A stretch of 64,000 nucleotides of DNA from a virus. The position numbers and the translations under genes are program-made. The stretch is taken from IMG/VR virus record IMGVR_UViG_3300050821_016057, positions 1 through 64,000 of that record; one strand, written 5' to 3'. Below the pieces are notes generated by a model. The model saw only the letters and a list, made by a program, of their open reading frames with translations, was not told the origin of the DNA and did not search any database. This document shows positions 8,949 to 18,113 of the stretch, one piece after another; the first letter of the stretch is position 1, and each line of letters opens with the position of its first letter.

Positions 8949-10349
8949 ATGCCGGATATCATCCTGGGCGTACCGCCCGCGATCCTCGCCCTGAACCAGA
9001 AGGGCCTGATCGAGCGAGCTTTCCACGACGGTCTCTACCCCAACCTGGCGTTCCGGGCGGAGGCCATGCCCGAGGAGTGGCCCGCCAACCAGGGCACCCA
9101 GCAATTCCAGTCGCGCCCCGGGCTCCTGGCCCCGCGCGTCACCGCCATCCAGCCGGGCACCGACCCGGTCGGCCAGTCGGTCAACTACGAGCAGTGGGTG
9201 GCCCAGCTCCAGCAGTACGCGGACTCGACCGACACCCACATGCCGACCAGCGTGACCGCGTCGGCCAACCTGTTCCTCCGGAACATCAAGCAGCTCGGCC
9301 TGCAGGCCGGCCAGTCGGTCAACCGCATCGCCCGCAACGCGATGTTCGTCGCCTACTGCTCGGGCCAGACGGTCTCGCTCACCGCGATCCTCACCACGGA
9401 CACGACCGTCCGGGTGGCGAGCCTCAACGGGTTCCAGGACGTGGTCGTGCCCTCGGGCAACGTGGCCCCGCTCCCCGTCAGCCCGCAGTCGCCGCTGCCG
9501 ATCACGATCGGCACGGGCGCCGCGCAGGTCAGCGCGTCCGTCATCGGGTTCATCCCCGACGACCCCAACGACACCAACGGCCCGGGCACGCTCCAGCTGC
9601 TCGCCCAGGTCGGCTCCAGCGCGTTCACGAGCGCGCGCGTCACCGTCAAGTCGGCGTACGCGCCCCGCATCGTCCGCTCGGCCCCGGGCGACTCGGTCGA
9701 CGCGATCAGCGCGAGCGACTCGATCACGCTCCAGCAGTGCATCAACGCGACCGCGTTCCTGCGCCGCGCCAACGTGCAGCCGCACGACGACGGCTTCTAC
9801 CACGCGCACCTGTCGGCCCTGGGCAACGCGCAGTTCTTCGCGGACCCGGTGTTCCAGCGCCTCAACCAGTCCCTCCCCGAGCACGTCATCTACAAGGAGG
9901 GGTTCATCGGCACGATCGCCGGGATCATGTTCATCCTGAACAACGAGGCCCCCGAGCAGTACAACACGGGCAACCAGCTCGTGACCGCCAACAGCGGCAT
10001 CTACGGCGACGAGATCGGCGCCGAGGTGGTGAACGGGACGGGCGTGGCCATCGGCCGCGTGCTCATCACCGGGAAGGGCTCGGTCTACGAGCGCTACCTG
10101 GACGAGTCGGCGTTCGTGACCGAGGCGGGCCTGCTCGGCAAGATCGGCGAGTTCAACATCACCAACAACGGGATGCAGATCCTGACGGAGCGCATCCGCC
10201 TCATCATGCGCGCCCCGATGGACAAGCTGCAGCAGTCGGTCACGACCAGCTGGTCGGTCACCACGTCGTTCCCGACGCCCAGCGACATCACCGCGCCCAG
10301 CGGACCAGAAAGGTACAAACGGGCGGTAGTGCTTGAGTTCGCCACTTAA
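8949..10349 (+). CDS. Major capsid protein
   Basis: 466 aa after scaffold; extreme codon bias; LGLQAGQSVNRIARN and GFYHAHL...G.IG..AGI.F resemble HK97-fold capsid motifs. Confidence 0.85.
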   Translation: MPDIILGVPPAILALNQKGLIERAFHDGLYPNLAFRAEAMPEEWPANQGTQQFQSRPGLLAPRVTAIQPGTDPVGQSVNYEQWVAQLQQYADSTDTHMPTSVTASANLFLRNIKQLGLQAGQSVNRIARNAMFVAYCSGQTVSLTAILTTDTTVRVASLNGFQDVVVPSGNVAPLPVSPQSPLPITIGTGAAQVSASVIGFIPDDPNDTNGPGTLQLLAQVGSSAFTSARVTVKSAYAPRIVRSAPGDSVDAISASDSITLQQCINATAFLRRANVQPHDDGFYHAHLSALGNAQFFADPVFQRLNQSLPEHVIYKEGFIGTIAGIMFILNNEAPEQYNTGNQLVTANSGIYGDEIGAEVVNGTGVAIGRVLITGKGSVYERYLDESAFVTEAGLLGKIGEFNITNNGMQILTERIRLIMRAPMDKLQQSVTTSWSVTTSFPTPSDITAPSGPERYKRAVVLEFAT

Positions 10350-10390
10350 GCAATCAGCGACCTGTTTCGCGGGCGCGCCCGCCCCTAGCT

Positions 10391-10408
10391 CCCAAACCCG
10401 GGTTTGGG
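10391..10408. repeat. 18-bp palindrome copy 3
   Basis: Exact; extends CT..AG. Confidence 0.97.
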
Positions 10409-10460
10409 AGTGTGGCGGACCACCCGGGCCTCCTGTACGTTCCCCTGGGAGGCAATCCAC

Positions 10461-10877
10461 ATGGGTAGGAACACGGTCACGAAGAGGCAGCAGCAGGCTC
10501 CGCAGGCGCCCGCTCAGGCAGACGCACCCCCGATGCGGGGAGGGACGCCGGGCGTCCCCGGGGTGGCGACCCGGCTGACGGCCGTCCCCAGGCAGGACGG
10601 GCGGCCGACCGGCGGGGGTCGGGCCAGGCAGTACATGGTCACGGGGGGCCCGATGCAGAACGGCCGGGTGTCGGTCATGTACAACTCGTGCAAGACGGCG
10701 ATGGACGTGGGCAAGGTGGTGAGCGAGGCCAGCGTGGACGTCGAGCACCTGCGCAAGCAGGGGGTGCGCCTGCAGGAGATCCTGCCCGACCCCGAGCCGG
10801 AGCCGACCGAGCCCGCGGAGGTCGCGCCCGAGGGGGAGGAGGGCGGCGAGACCGAGGGGGAAGAGGATGCCGGCTAA
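10461..10877 (+). CDS. Hypothetical protein with acidic tail
   Basis: GGAGG RBS; follows capsid gene. Confidence 0.65.
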   Translation: MGRNTVTKRQQQAPQAPAQADAPPMRGGTPGVPGVATRLTAVPRQDGRPTGGGRARQYMVTGGPMQNGRVSVMYNSCKTAMDVGKVVSEASVDVEHLRKQGVRLQEILPDPEPEPTEPAEVAPEGEEGGETEGEEDAG

Positions 10878-10928
10878 CCACCCCGGCTGGGACTCCGACC
10901 CGCGCAACCCCAAGTACTGGAGCTGAGG

Positions 10929-11339
10929 ATGATCACCGAGGAGGAGAAAGTAAAAGCTCGCTCGCACACTGGCTACCTTAACGTGGCCGAGCAGAGCACC
11001 TACTCCCTCGGCATCCCGGCGGGCGTGCAGACCCAGTTCGTGATCGAGGGCGGGTTCAAGCGCATCCTCCCGCAGGCGGAGCCGCTGTTTCGCCGGCACC
11101 TGAAGATCCTCGACCGGTACGAGGAGCTGATCCTGGAGCAGGCCGGCAACGTCCAGGTGGAGCAACTCGGCCAGATCAAGATCAACCAGAAGGCGTTCCG
11201 GCAGCTGGTCGGGCAGTACTTCTGGTGGGTCGCCAGCCTGGCCAACATGATGGGCATCACCCCCAACCCGTTCGACCAGCGCCGCTCCCAGTGGAACGGC
11301 CTGGGTGGGACTGGGGTCAACGTAGGCGTGAGCGGTTAG
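10929..11339 (+). CDS. Putative head-tail adaptor
   Basis: MITEEEKVKARSHTGY start resembles head completion proteins; position. Confidence 0.55.
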   Translation: MITEEEKVKARSHTGYLNVAEQSTYSLGIPAGVQTQFVIEGGFKRILPQAEPLFRRHLKILDRYEELILEQAGNVQVEQLGQIKINQKAFRQLVGQYFWWVASLANMMGITPNPFDQRRSQWNGLGGTGVNVGVSG

Positions 11340-11348
11340 GAGACGACC

Positions 11349-11684
11349 ATGAGGACCATGATGATGTTCGCGGGGTTGGTGGCGGCGGCGGTGGTGGCGG
11401 GCTGCGGCAGCCAGGGGTGCGCGGCCGGCACCACCCTGACCGGGATCGAGCTGCAGATCTCGCAGGGCGACGCGGTGGTGGCGCCGATCATCGGCAACGT
11501 GTGCTCGATCGCGGAGAAGTTGGACCCCACCAGCCCGTACATCACGCTCACGTGCGACGTGCTGGACACGGCGGGCAACGTGATCGGGCAGCTGACCCAG
11601 AAGTTGCCGGCCGCCCAGGCCAACGCGATCATGGCCAAGCACGCCAAGAAGCCGGCCGCCCCCGCCGCGTCGGCGGCCAAGTAA
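11349..11684 (+). CDS. Lipoprotein
   Basis: AGGAG RBS; signal peptide with lipobox VVAG-C. Confidence 0.7.
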   Translation: MRTMMMFAGLVAAAVVAGCGSQGCAAGTTLTGIELQISQGDAVVAPIIGNVCSIAEKLDPTSPYITLTCDVLDTAGNVIGQLTQKLPAAQANAIMAKHAKKPAAPAASAAK

Positions 11685-11805
11685 GCGGATGGCCTGCACC
11701 TGCGGCAGCGTCTGCCGGGGACGCTGCCAGGCGGGCCCCGAACTCCCCCGGCAGGGGTGCGGGTGCGGATGCGGCCGGGAGGCCGGGGACTGCGCGGGGG
11801 CGGTA

Positions 11806-12405
11806 ATGCCGACCGGGTTCATGCAGTCGGTGGAGGTGAGGCCGCTGCGCCCCGGGGAGGCGGGCGAGAGCCTGGCCAGCCGGCTGTCCCCGGTCGCGGA
11901 CCGGATCCGCCAGCTCAACACCCGGTTCGGCGTGCGCCCCTACCGGGTGTTCATGACGTGGACGCTCTGGGGCGGGGCCGAGCGGGGTGAGGGCACGGAG
12001 GAGCTGAAGCAGCGGGTCGAGCTGCTACCGACCCCGCTGGTGAAGTCGCTGGACAACATCGCGTTCAGCCCGTGGCACGCCGGGACGCTCCCGGTCGGGA
12101 GCGTGCGGGTGTCGGAGGTGAGCGCGGTCGCGTACGGGGAGGACATCCTGCGCGGGCTGGACCGGCGGCTGATCCCGGGGCTGGACCTGTCGGGCGCCAA
12201 CCCGTCCATCCCGGAGCCGTGGGACTTCTTCTACGAGATCGTGGAGGACCGGCGGGGCGGGGAGTGCCCGGACCGGCCGCGGTTCCGCCTGGCCAACGTG
12301 CCGTTCCGGCTGGCGGAGACGCAGGAGTGGAACTTCACCCTGGAGCGGACCTCGCGCGAGCGGACCCGCCGGGACACGTCGGTGTTCGGCAAGGAGGAGG
12401 GGTGA
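11806..12405 (+). CDS. Putative head closure/neck protein (start may be 11689)
   Basis: Position in neck module; overlaps next gene start. Confidence 0.55.
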   Translation: MPTGFMQSVEVRPLRPGEAGESLASRLSPVADRIRQLNTRFGVRPYRVFMTWTLWGGAERGEGTEELKQRVELLPTPLVKSLDNIAFSPWHAGTLPVGSVRVSEVSAVAYGEDILRGLDRRLIPGLDLSGANPSIPEPWDFFYEIVEDRRGGECPDRPRFRLANVPFRLAETQEWNFTLERTSRERTRRDTSVFGKEEG

Positions 12406-12947
12406 TCAGCTTCGACATCAAGGACGCTGCCAGGCTGACCGAGCACCTGGGCGGGCAGATCGCGGAGGCGCGCCGGCGCGGGGTCGCCAGCGCGGGCCAG
12501 CGGCTCGTGCAGGTCATCCAGACCCGGCTGATCCCGGCCGAGGACCCGCCGCCCGTCGACCAGCGCGCGTACGCGGCCGGCTGGGACAGCCAGCCCACCC
12601 CGGAGGGGGCGGACGTGTTCAACACCGCCCCGCACGCGGGCGTGATCGAGTTCGGGGCCCGGGCCGACAACGTGAAGATCGGCCGGCGGATGATCGACGC
12701 GCTGGCCGAGTGGGTGGTCCGCAAGGGGCTGCTGGGGCGCGGGCCCGGCAGCCACCAGGGGCGGTCGCAGGAGGCGGAGGCGCAGAGCGCCGCGTGGGCG
12801 ATCGCCCGGAGCATGCAGAAGCGGGGGATCTTCAACCGGGGCGGCGGGGAGGGGCTGGGCATCGCCCGCAAGGCGGCCCGGCTGGCCCCCGGCATCGTGG
12901 CCGAGGAGATCCGGGCCGAGTTGGCCGAGCTGTCGAGGGGCCGATGA
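12402..12947 (+). CDS. HK97 gp10-like neck/tail completion protein
   Basis: PVDQRAY...VFNTAPHAGVIEFG matches the PVDTG...N..YA..VEFG motif. Confidence 0.7.
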   Translation: MISFDIKDAARLTEHLGGQIAEARRRGVASAGQRLVQVIQTRLIPAEDPPPVDQRAYAAGWDSQPTPEGADVFNTAPHAGVIEFGARADNVKIGRRMIDALAEWVVRKGLLGRGPGSHQGRSQEAEAQSAAWAIARSMQKRGIFNRGGGEGLGIARKAARLAPGIVAEEIRAELAELSRGR

Positions 12948-13726
12948 GTCGGAGGGGGCGGCTCTGGAGCGCGGTCACCCAAACGGGCACCAGCCTGTCG
13001 GGCCTGCCCGCGTCGATCGCCTCGCTCATCAAGGGGCGGATCTACGGGTCGGTGTTCCCGCCCCGACAACCGCCGGTCTCGCTGGCGCTGGACGGCCGGA
13101 CGGTGGCGCTGCAGACGCTGGCCGGGTACATCGCGTCGCTGACGTTCTACCGGGTGGGGGACAGGGGGGGACCCAACATCCCGTTCCAGATCCCGGCCGA
13201 GAACTTCTTCATCGAGATGCCGGACGACGTGCAGTCGATGCCGTTCCCGTCGATCGCGGTCGTGAACGACGTGGGCAACTACGACGTGATCGGGCTGGTC
13301 AGCTACGTGGAGGAGTCCACGCAGGACGTGTACGGGCGGGGGACGGTCGTGCAGTGGCAGTCCGAGTACGTGGAGAACATCCAGCTCGAGGTGTGGGTGA
13401 ACATGAAGGCCGAGCGCCGGGCCGTGCTGGCCGGGCTGGAGACGGTGTTCAGCCCGACCGAGCAGCAGTCGGGCATCCGGTTCCACATGCCCGCCTACTT
13501 CGACCAACTGGTCTGCTTCACCCTCAACAACCGCAAGGTGATCGACGAGCCGGACAGCCTGCGCAAGCGGCGCCGGGCCACCCTGGGGATCGAGATGCGG
13601 TTCAACATCGTCCGGCTGATCAACGTGGCGACCATGCAGCCCATCGTCACCACCCAGCTGGACGTGGACGCGGACGGCGCGCCCGTGACCCTCGCGGGGC
13701 CCAACGTGGGCCGGGTCGCCCCCTAG
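12944..13726 (+). CDS. Putative tail terminator/completion protein
   Basis: PFPSIAV motif; lies immediately before the sheath. Confidence 0.6.
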   Translation: MSRRGRLWSAVTQTGTSLSGLPASIASLIKGRIYGSVFPPRQPPVSLALDGRTVALQTLAGYIASLTFYRVGDRGGPNIPFQIPAENFFIEMPDDVQSMPFPSIAVVNDVGNYDVIGLVSYVEESTQDVYGRGTVVQWQSEYVENIQLEVWVNMKAERRAVLAGLETVFSPTEQQSGIRFHMPAYFDQLVCFTLNNRKVIDEPDSLRKRRRATLGIEMRFNIVRLINVATMQPIVTTQLDVDADGAPVTLAGPNVGRVAP

Positions 13727-13728
13727 GT

Positions 13729-13746
13729 CCCAAACCCGGGTTTGGG
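13729..13746. repeat. 18-bp palindrome copy 4
   Basis: Exact; 2 nt after stop. Confidence 0.97.
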
Positions 13747-13815
13747 AGATTGTGGACGGGAGCGGGTTCCACCCTTAGGCTCCGCGGTGAGGCTCGCCTC
13801 CAAGGAGAACCACCG

Positions 13816-16446
13816 ATGTCCGTGTACGTCCGACGATTCCTCCAGGACCCAGGTGATGCGGTCCTCCTCAACATCGAGTCGGTCAACATCCTCGACCTGG
13901 AGCCCCCCTCGACCATCCAGGGGGTGGGTACCGGGACGGTGCTGCTGGTGGGCGAGTTCGAGAACGGCCCGTACGCCAAACCCCAGCAGCTGCTGGGGAC
14001 GACCGACCTGTCCCGCACGTGGGGGACGCTCGGCTACCAGGTGGGCGGGCTGGTCGCCCAGTACCCGTCGGCGCCGGTCCGGTCGGCCGACTCGGCGGTC
14101 GTGCCCGAGTCGTGGAACGGCAACGCGTTCGTGCAGATCTCGGGGCTCCAGTTCGCCACGCTGATCATGTGCCGGGTCAACACCAGCGTGGGGATGGTGA
14201 CGTTCAGCCCGCTGGCGTTCGTGGAGGGGGCGGTCGAGTTCGCGTACTCGCTGACGAGCGGGCAGGAGCTGCAGCTGACGCTGTCCACGCTCGCGACGGC
14301 GGTCACGGCGGCCGGGTTCCTCCCGCAGGCGACGATCTCCGTGGAGAGCACGACCGGCTTCTCGGGCACGGGCACGTTCGAGGTGGACGGGCAGACCGTC
14401 TCCTACACGGGGACGACCCCGACCAGCTTCACCGGGTGCTCGGGCGGGACCGGCTTCTTCGGCATCGGGGACGTGGTGCTGGGCGGGACCCTGACCACGA
14501 CCGCCGCGACGTTCACGGGCGCGCCGGCCGTCGTGGAGGCGGTCAACACGACGGTCGCGGTGGGGTCGAACGGGACCAACCTGCCGAGCGCGGGCGTGAT
14601 CGACGTGGCCAGCACGACCGGCTTCGCGGGCGGCGGCGGGGACGTGACGGTGGACGGCCACATCGTCACCTACACGGGCGTGAGCGGCGGCAACTCGTTC
14701 ACGGGCTGCACGCGAGGCGGCGCGACCGTGCTGGCGACCGGGGACGTGGTGGTGGCCGGCCAGTGGCCGACCAGCTTCGCGGGCGGCGAGCAGCTGACGC
14801 TGGCCTTCGACGGCAACCCCAACTTCACCGTGTTCTTCCAGGCGGGCGACCAGACGCTCGCGCAGGTGATCGCGCGGATCAACGCCTACGCGGGCTACGC
14901 GATGGCCTCCTCGACCAGCTCGGTCATCCTGACGCTGACCGGTCGGCTGCCGGGCACGACCGGCTCGGTCAGCGTGGTCAGCGGCAGCTCGGGCGTGCTG
15001 GCCAAGCTGGGCCTGACGGCCGGCATCACGATCGGGACGGGCAACGTCGGGAACATCACGCAGGTGAAGTTCACCGAGGTGCAGTCGGTCGTGCAGGGCG
15101 CGATCAGCGGCGTGAAGGTGGAGCTCAACAGCTCGGGCGCGCTCCGCGTGTCCAACACGGCCACCCCGGGCGTGGGCGGCATCTACGTGGCGGGCGGGAC
15201 GACCGCGACCGGGCTCGGCCTCGCGGTCGGGGAGGCGGACGGCGCGGACCTCAACCTGGAGGGCACGCTGCCGGCGGGCACGCTGGTGTCGGACGGCGGC
15301 TCGACCCTCCTGCTGACCACGCAGGACCTGGTCATCACCCCGTACTCGGTCGGGCCGTTCTCGGTGCCGGTCCGGTTCGCGGTCGACAACGGGACGGGGG
15401 TGGGCGTCAGCGCGAACGCGATCAACACGGTCGTCAACCCGCCGTCGGTCGGGTCGTTCAGCGTGGACAACCTGCTGCCCGTCGCGAACGCGATGACGGA
15501 GGCGCAGATCGACGCCGCCTACGCGCTGGCCATCCAGTCGACCACCGACGTGAACAGCGTGGCCAAGGTGGCCAACCTGATCGTCTCGGCCCGGCAGAGC
15601 AACGCGGTCCGGAGCCAGCTCCGGCAGAACGTCCTGTTCGCCTCGGCCAACGGCTGCTTCGGCCGGATGGCGTGCCTGGGCCCGCCGCTCAACACGAGCC
15701 CGCAGGTCGCGCTCGGCCCGGCCGCGCCCGGTGTGGTGGCGACCCGGGACCAGCGGGTCATCTACTGCTACGTCGGCGCCAACACGTTCGTGCCGCTGAT
15801 CGGGCAGGTCGGCCTGGCGGGCGGGCAGGGTTTCACGGCCACGGGCAACGTGGACGTGCACTCGGACACCCTGATGGCGAGCATCCTCAGCCAGCTGCCG
15901 CCCGAGGAGAACCCCGGGCAGGAGACGACCTTCACCGCCAACGTCAACGGGCTGGAGACCGGCCCGAACGTCCAGGGCTTCGACATCACCTCCTACCAGG
16001 CGTTCAAGGCGGCCGGCATCGCCGCGCTGCGCATCGACGACGGGGTGGCGATCTTCCAGTCGGGCGTCACCTCGGTCGACCCGTCGGTGAGCCCGCAGCT
16101 GGTGCGGATCGCCAGGCGGCGCATGGCCGACTTCATCGAGGACTCGATCGCGGGCCCGACCAAGAAGTACGGCAAGCGGCTGTCCCTGCAGGCGCGCCGG
16201 AAGGCGCTCAAGGGTCAGATCCGGTCGTTCATGGTCGGGCTGCTGGCCAAGAACAACCCGGGCGCCCAGCGGATCGCCGGCTTCACGGTGACGGACTCGG
16301 ACGGGAACGACGACGTGACGCTCAGCTCCGGCATGTACCGGATCACCGTCAAGGCCAAGACCCTGCCGAGCCTCGACAGCATCGTCATCCAGGCGACGAT
16401 CGGCGACGACGTCACGGTCGACGAAGTGCTCCCCGCGGCCGCTTGA
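13816..16446 (+). CDS. Contractile tail sheath protein with inserted beta domains
   Basis: 876 aa; IQGVGTG...LVGEFENGP N-terminus; RIARRRMADFIEDSI C-terminal sheath motif. Confidence 0.88.
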   Translation: MSVYVRRFLQDPGDAVLLNIESVNILDLEPPSTIQGVGTGTVLLVGEFENGPYAKPQQLLGTTDLSRTWGTLGYQVGGLVAQYPSAPVRSADSAVVPESWNGNAFVQISGLQFATLIMCRVNTSVGMVTFSPLAFVEGAVEFAYSLTSGQELQLTLSTLATAVTAAGFLPQATISVESTTGFSGTGTFEVDGQTVSYTGTTPTSFTGCSGGTGFFGIGDVVLGGTLTTTAATFTGAPAVVEAVNTTVAVGSNGTNLPSAGVIDVASTTGFAGGGGDVTVDGHIVTYTGVSGGNSFTGCTRGGATVLATGDVVVAGQWPTSFAGGEQLTLAFDGNPNFTVFFQAGDQTLAQVIARINAYAGYAMASSTSSVILTLTGRLPGTTGSVSVVSGSSGVLAKLGLTAGITIGTGNVGNITQVKFTEVQSVVQGAISGVKVELNSSGALRVSNTATPGVGGIYVAGGTTATGLGLAVGEADGADLNLEGTLPAGTLVSDGGSTLLLTTQDLVITPYSVGPFSVPVRFAVDNGTGVGVSANAINTVVNPPSVGSFSVDNLLPVANAMTEAQIDAAYALAIQSTTDVNSVAKVANLIVSARQSNAVRSQLRQNVLFASANGCFGRMACLGPPLNTSPQVALGPAAPGVVATRDQRVIYCYVGANTFVPLIGQVGLAGGQGFTATGNVDVHSDTLMASILSQLPPEENPGQETTFTANVNGLETGPNVQGFDITSYQAFKAAGIAALRIDDGVAIFQSGVTSVDPSVSPQLVRIARRRMADFIEDSIAGPTKKYGKRLSLQARRKALKGQIRSFMVGLLAKNNPGAQRIAGFTVTDSDGNDDVTLSSGMYRITVKAKTLPSLDSIVIQATIGDDVTVDEVLPAAA

Positions 16447-16481
16447 TCGCCCACCCCAACCCGGACCCATAGGACGCCAAC

Positions 16482-16919
16482 ATGACCGCACAGCGCATCA
16501 AAGGGCAGGAGGTGAGCATCCTCATCGTCCAGGACGACGAGCTTCAGGACACCCTGACCGACATCCAGAACTTCAACCTGGAGCTGGAGTTCGAGATCAA
16601 GAGCCAGGGGTACCTGGGCGAGAAGACGAACCGGAAGGACTACATCTTCAACGGGTGCAAGTTCGACTTCGAGCTGCACGTCCACACGCAGGACTACCTG
16701 CCGTTCATCCAGGCCGTCCACGACAAGGCGCAGCGGCTCACCCCGGACACGCAGTTCAACATCTCGGGCATCTTCAGCTTCCCCAACGGGGACGAGCCCG
16801 AGCTGCTCCTGAACGACGTCAGCTGGGGGGCGATCCCCAAGACGATCGGGAGCCGGGGCGACTACGTGAAGCTGAAGATGCAGGGCGAGTGCTCGGACAT
16901 CGAGATCCAGCTGTCCTGA
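16482..16919 (+). CDS. Tail tube protein
   Basis: 145 aa directly after sheath. Confidence 0.8.
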   Translation: MTAQRIKGQEVSILIVQDDELQDTLTDIQNFNLELEFEIKSQGYLGEKTNRKDYIFNGCKFDFELHVHTQDYLPFIQAVHDKAQRLTPDTQFNISGIFSFPNGDEPELLLNDVSWGAIPKTIGSRGDYVKLKMQGECSDIEIQLS

Positions 16920-16924
16920 GCGGG

Positions 16925-17072
16925 CTAGGAGGCGCGCGCCCGTCGGCCCGGCAAAGGGGCGGCCGGGCGTCACTTGAGGGCAGGCAGCGGTGGTTGTGGC
17001 CCTTTGCCGGGCCACTGGGTGCGCCTCCTGGAAGGCCACCGTTGCCTGCCCACCCTTTGAAGGAGGCGCGCG
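16925..17072 (+). promoter_or_regulatory. Structured RNA leader with competing anti-SD pairings
   Basis: Complementary blocks 16945-58/17000-13 and 16978-93/17036-51; anti-SD 17021-29 matches both 16927-35 and 17061-69. Confidence 0.6.
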
Positions 17073-17705
17073 ATGACGACGGAGAAGCGGAGCAGGCGGG
17101 CGGCGTTCGGTGACGTGGCGAAGAGCATGATGACCCCGGCGGCGCCCGCGCCCCGGATGAGCGAGGAGGAGGCGCTGGAGGTGGAGCGGCAGGCGGACGC
17201 GGAGGAGGAGGGGGACGGCCCGACCGAGCCCGAGTCGGCCCTCGAGCAGGCGGCCGACCAGGCGGGCGAGGCCGAGCAGGGGGACCGGGTGATCCGGCAG
17301 GTGCCGGTGCCGGGCGGGCTGGTCATCCCCCCGTACGCGAACGTCGGGTACGTGATCTTCAAGCCCGGCCTGACGGGCCGCCCCGACCTCGGGTTGCGGA
17401 CGTGCGTGACGTGGGGGCTGACGGTGGCGGACGAGCGGCTGGCCCGCCAGGCGGCGCGCGGGGACAGCTCGCGCACCTACGAGGAGATGGCGAAGCGGAT
17501 GATTCGGGTGGTGGACGGGGCGAAGGCCGACTGGACGGGGGGCAACCCGAAGGTGGGGTCGGTCAACCGGTTCTGGGAGCAGATCGGGCCCAAGGCCAGG
17601 ATGCTGCTGGTCAACCAGTACATGCAGACCCACAGCCCGACCGTGGAGGAGACCGCCGATTTTTTTCTCGGTTGCTGCACTTTCCGGACTTCCTTGCCTG
17701 GGTAG
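17073..17705 (+). CDS. Tail assembly chaperone (G-like)
   Basis: Between tube and tape measure; AGGAGG RBS; slippery T7 run near the 3' end. Confidence 0.75.
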   Translation: MTTEKRSRRAAFGDVAKSMMTPAAPAPRMSEEEALEVERQADAEEEGDGPTEPESALEQAADQAGEAEQGDRVIRQVPVPGGLVIPPYANVGYVIFKPGLTGRPDLGLRTCVTWGLTVADERLARQAARGDSSRTYEEMAKRMIRVVDGAKADWTGGNPKVGSVNRFWEQIGPKARMLLVNQYMQTHSPTVEETADFFLGCCTFRTSLPG

Positions 17706-17995
17706 ACGGGTGGGACGTCCCGCACCCGGACGTCCTGCACGACCAGCTGAGGACGGTCCTGCCCACGTGGAGCGGGACCATCTTCGACGCGTGCTGGGCG
17801 AACATGCTGGTGCTGGACCCGCGGGAGCTGGAGGAGCACCGGAGGAAGCAGATCATCACGCTGGCCCGGTACGGCCGGCAGCCGATCGGCCAGTGGGACC
17901 AGGTGCCGGTGACCGAGCTGCAGGCCTGGTACCGGTCGCTGGCCGAGCTGATGAGCGAGGAGGCGGAGGCGATGCGGGTGACGGAGGACCGTTGA
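17660..17995 (+). CDS. Tail assembly chaperone -1 frameshift extension (GT-like)
   Basis: T TTT TTT at 17660-17666; -1 frame is open to 17995 with coding-like codon usage. Confidence 0.75.
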   Translation, partial: FFSRLLHFPDFLAWVDGWDVPHPDVLHDQLRTVLPTWSGTIFDACWANMLVLDPRELEEHRRKQIITLARYGRQPIGQWDQVPVTELQAWYRSLAELMSEEAEAMRVTEDR

Positions 17996-18098
17996 TAGGG
18001 TGCCGGTCAGTGTCCCCCCTGCCGACCCCTGGGTGGCGACCCGGGGGGGCGTCTCGGGGGGGCGTCTCGGGGCAACGTCGCGCGGCCGCGGCCCATCC

Positions 18099-18107
18099 TG
18101 GTAGGCT
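18099..18107 (+). promoter_or_regulatory. Class I extended -10 (TGGTAGGCT), leaderless
   Basis: 6 nt before ATG 18114. Confidence 0.6.
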
Positions 18108-18113
18108 GCCTGG

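Noticed and set aside
18044-18072. Short tandem GGGGGGCGTCTC repeat before the tape measure gene
   Set aside because: Two copies in GC-rich intergenic DNA; no further support
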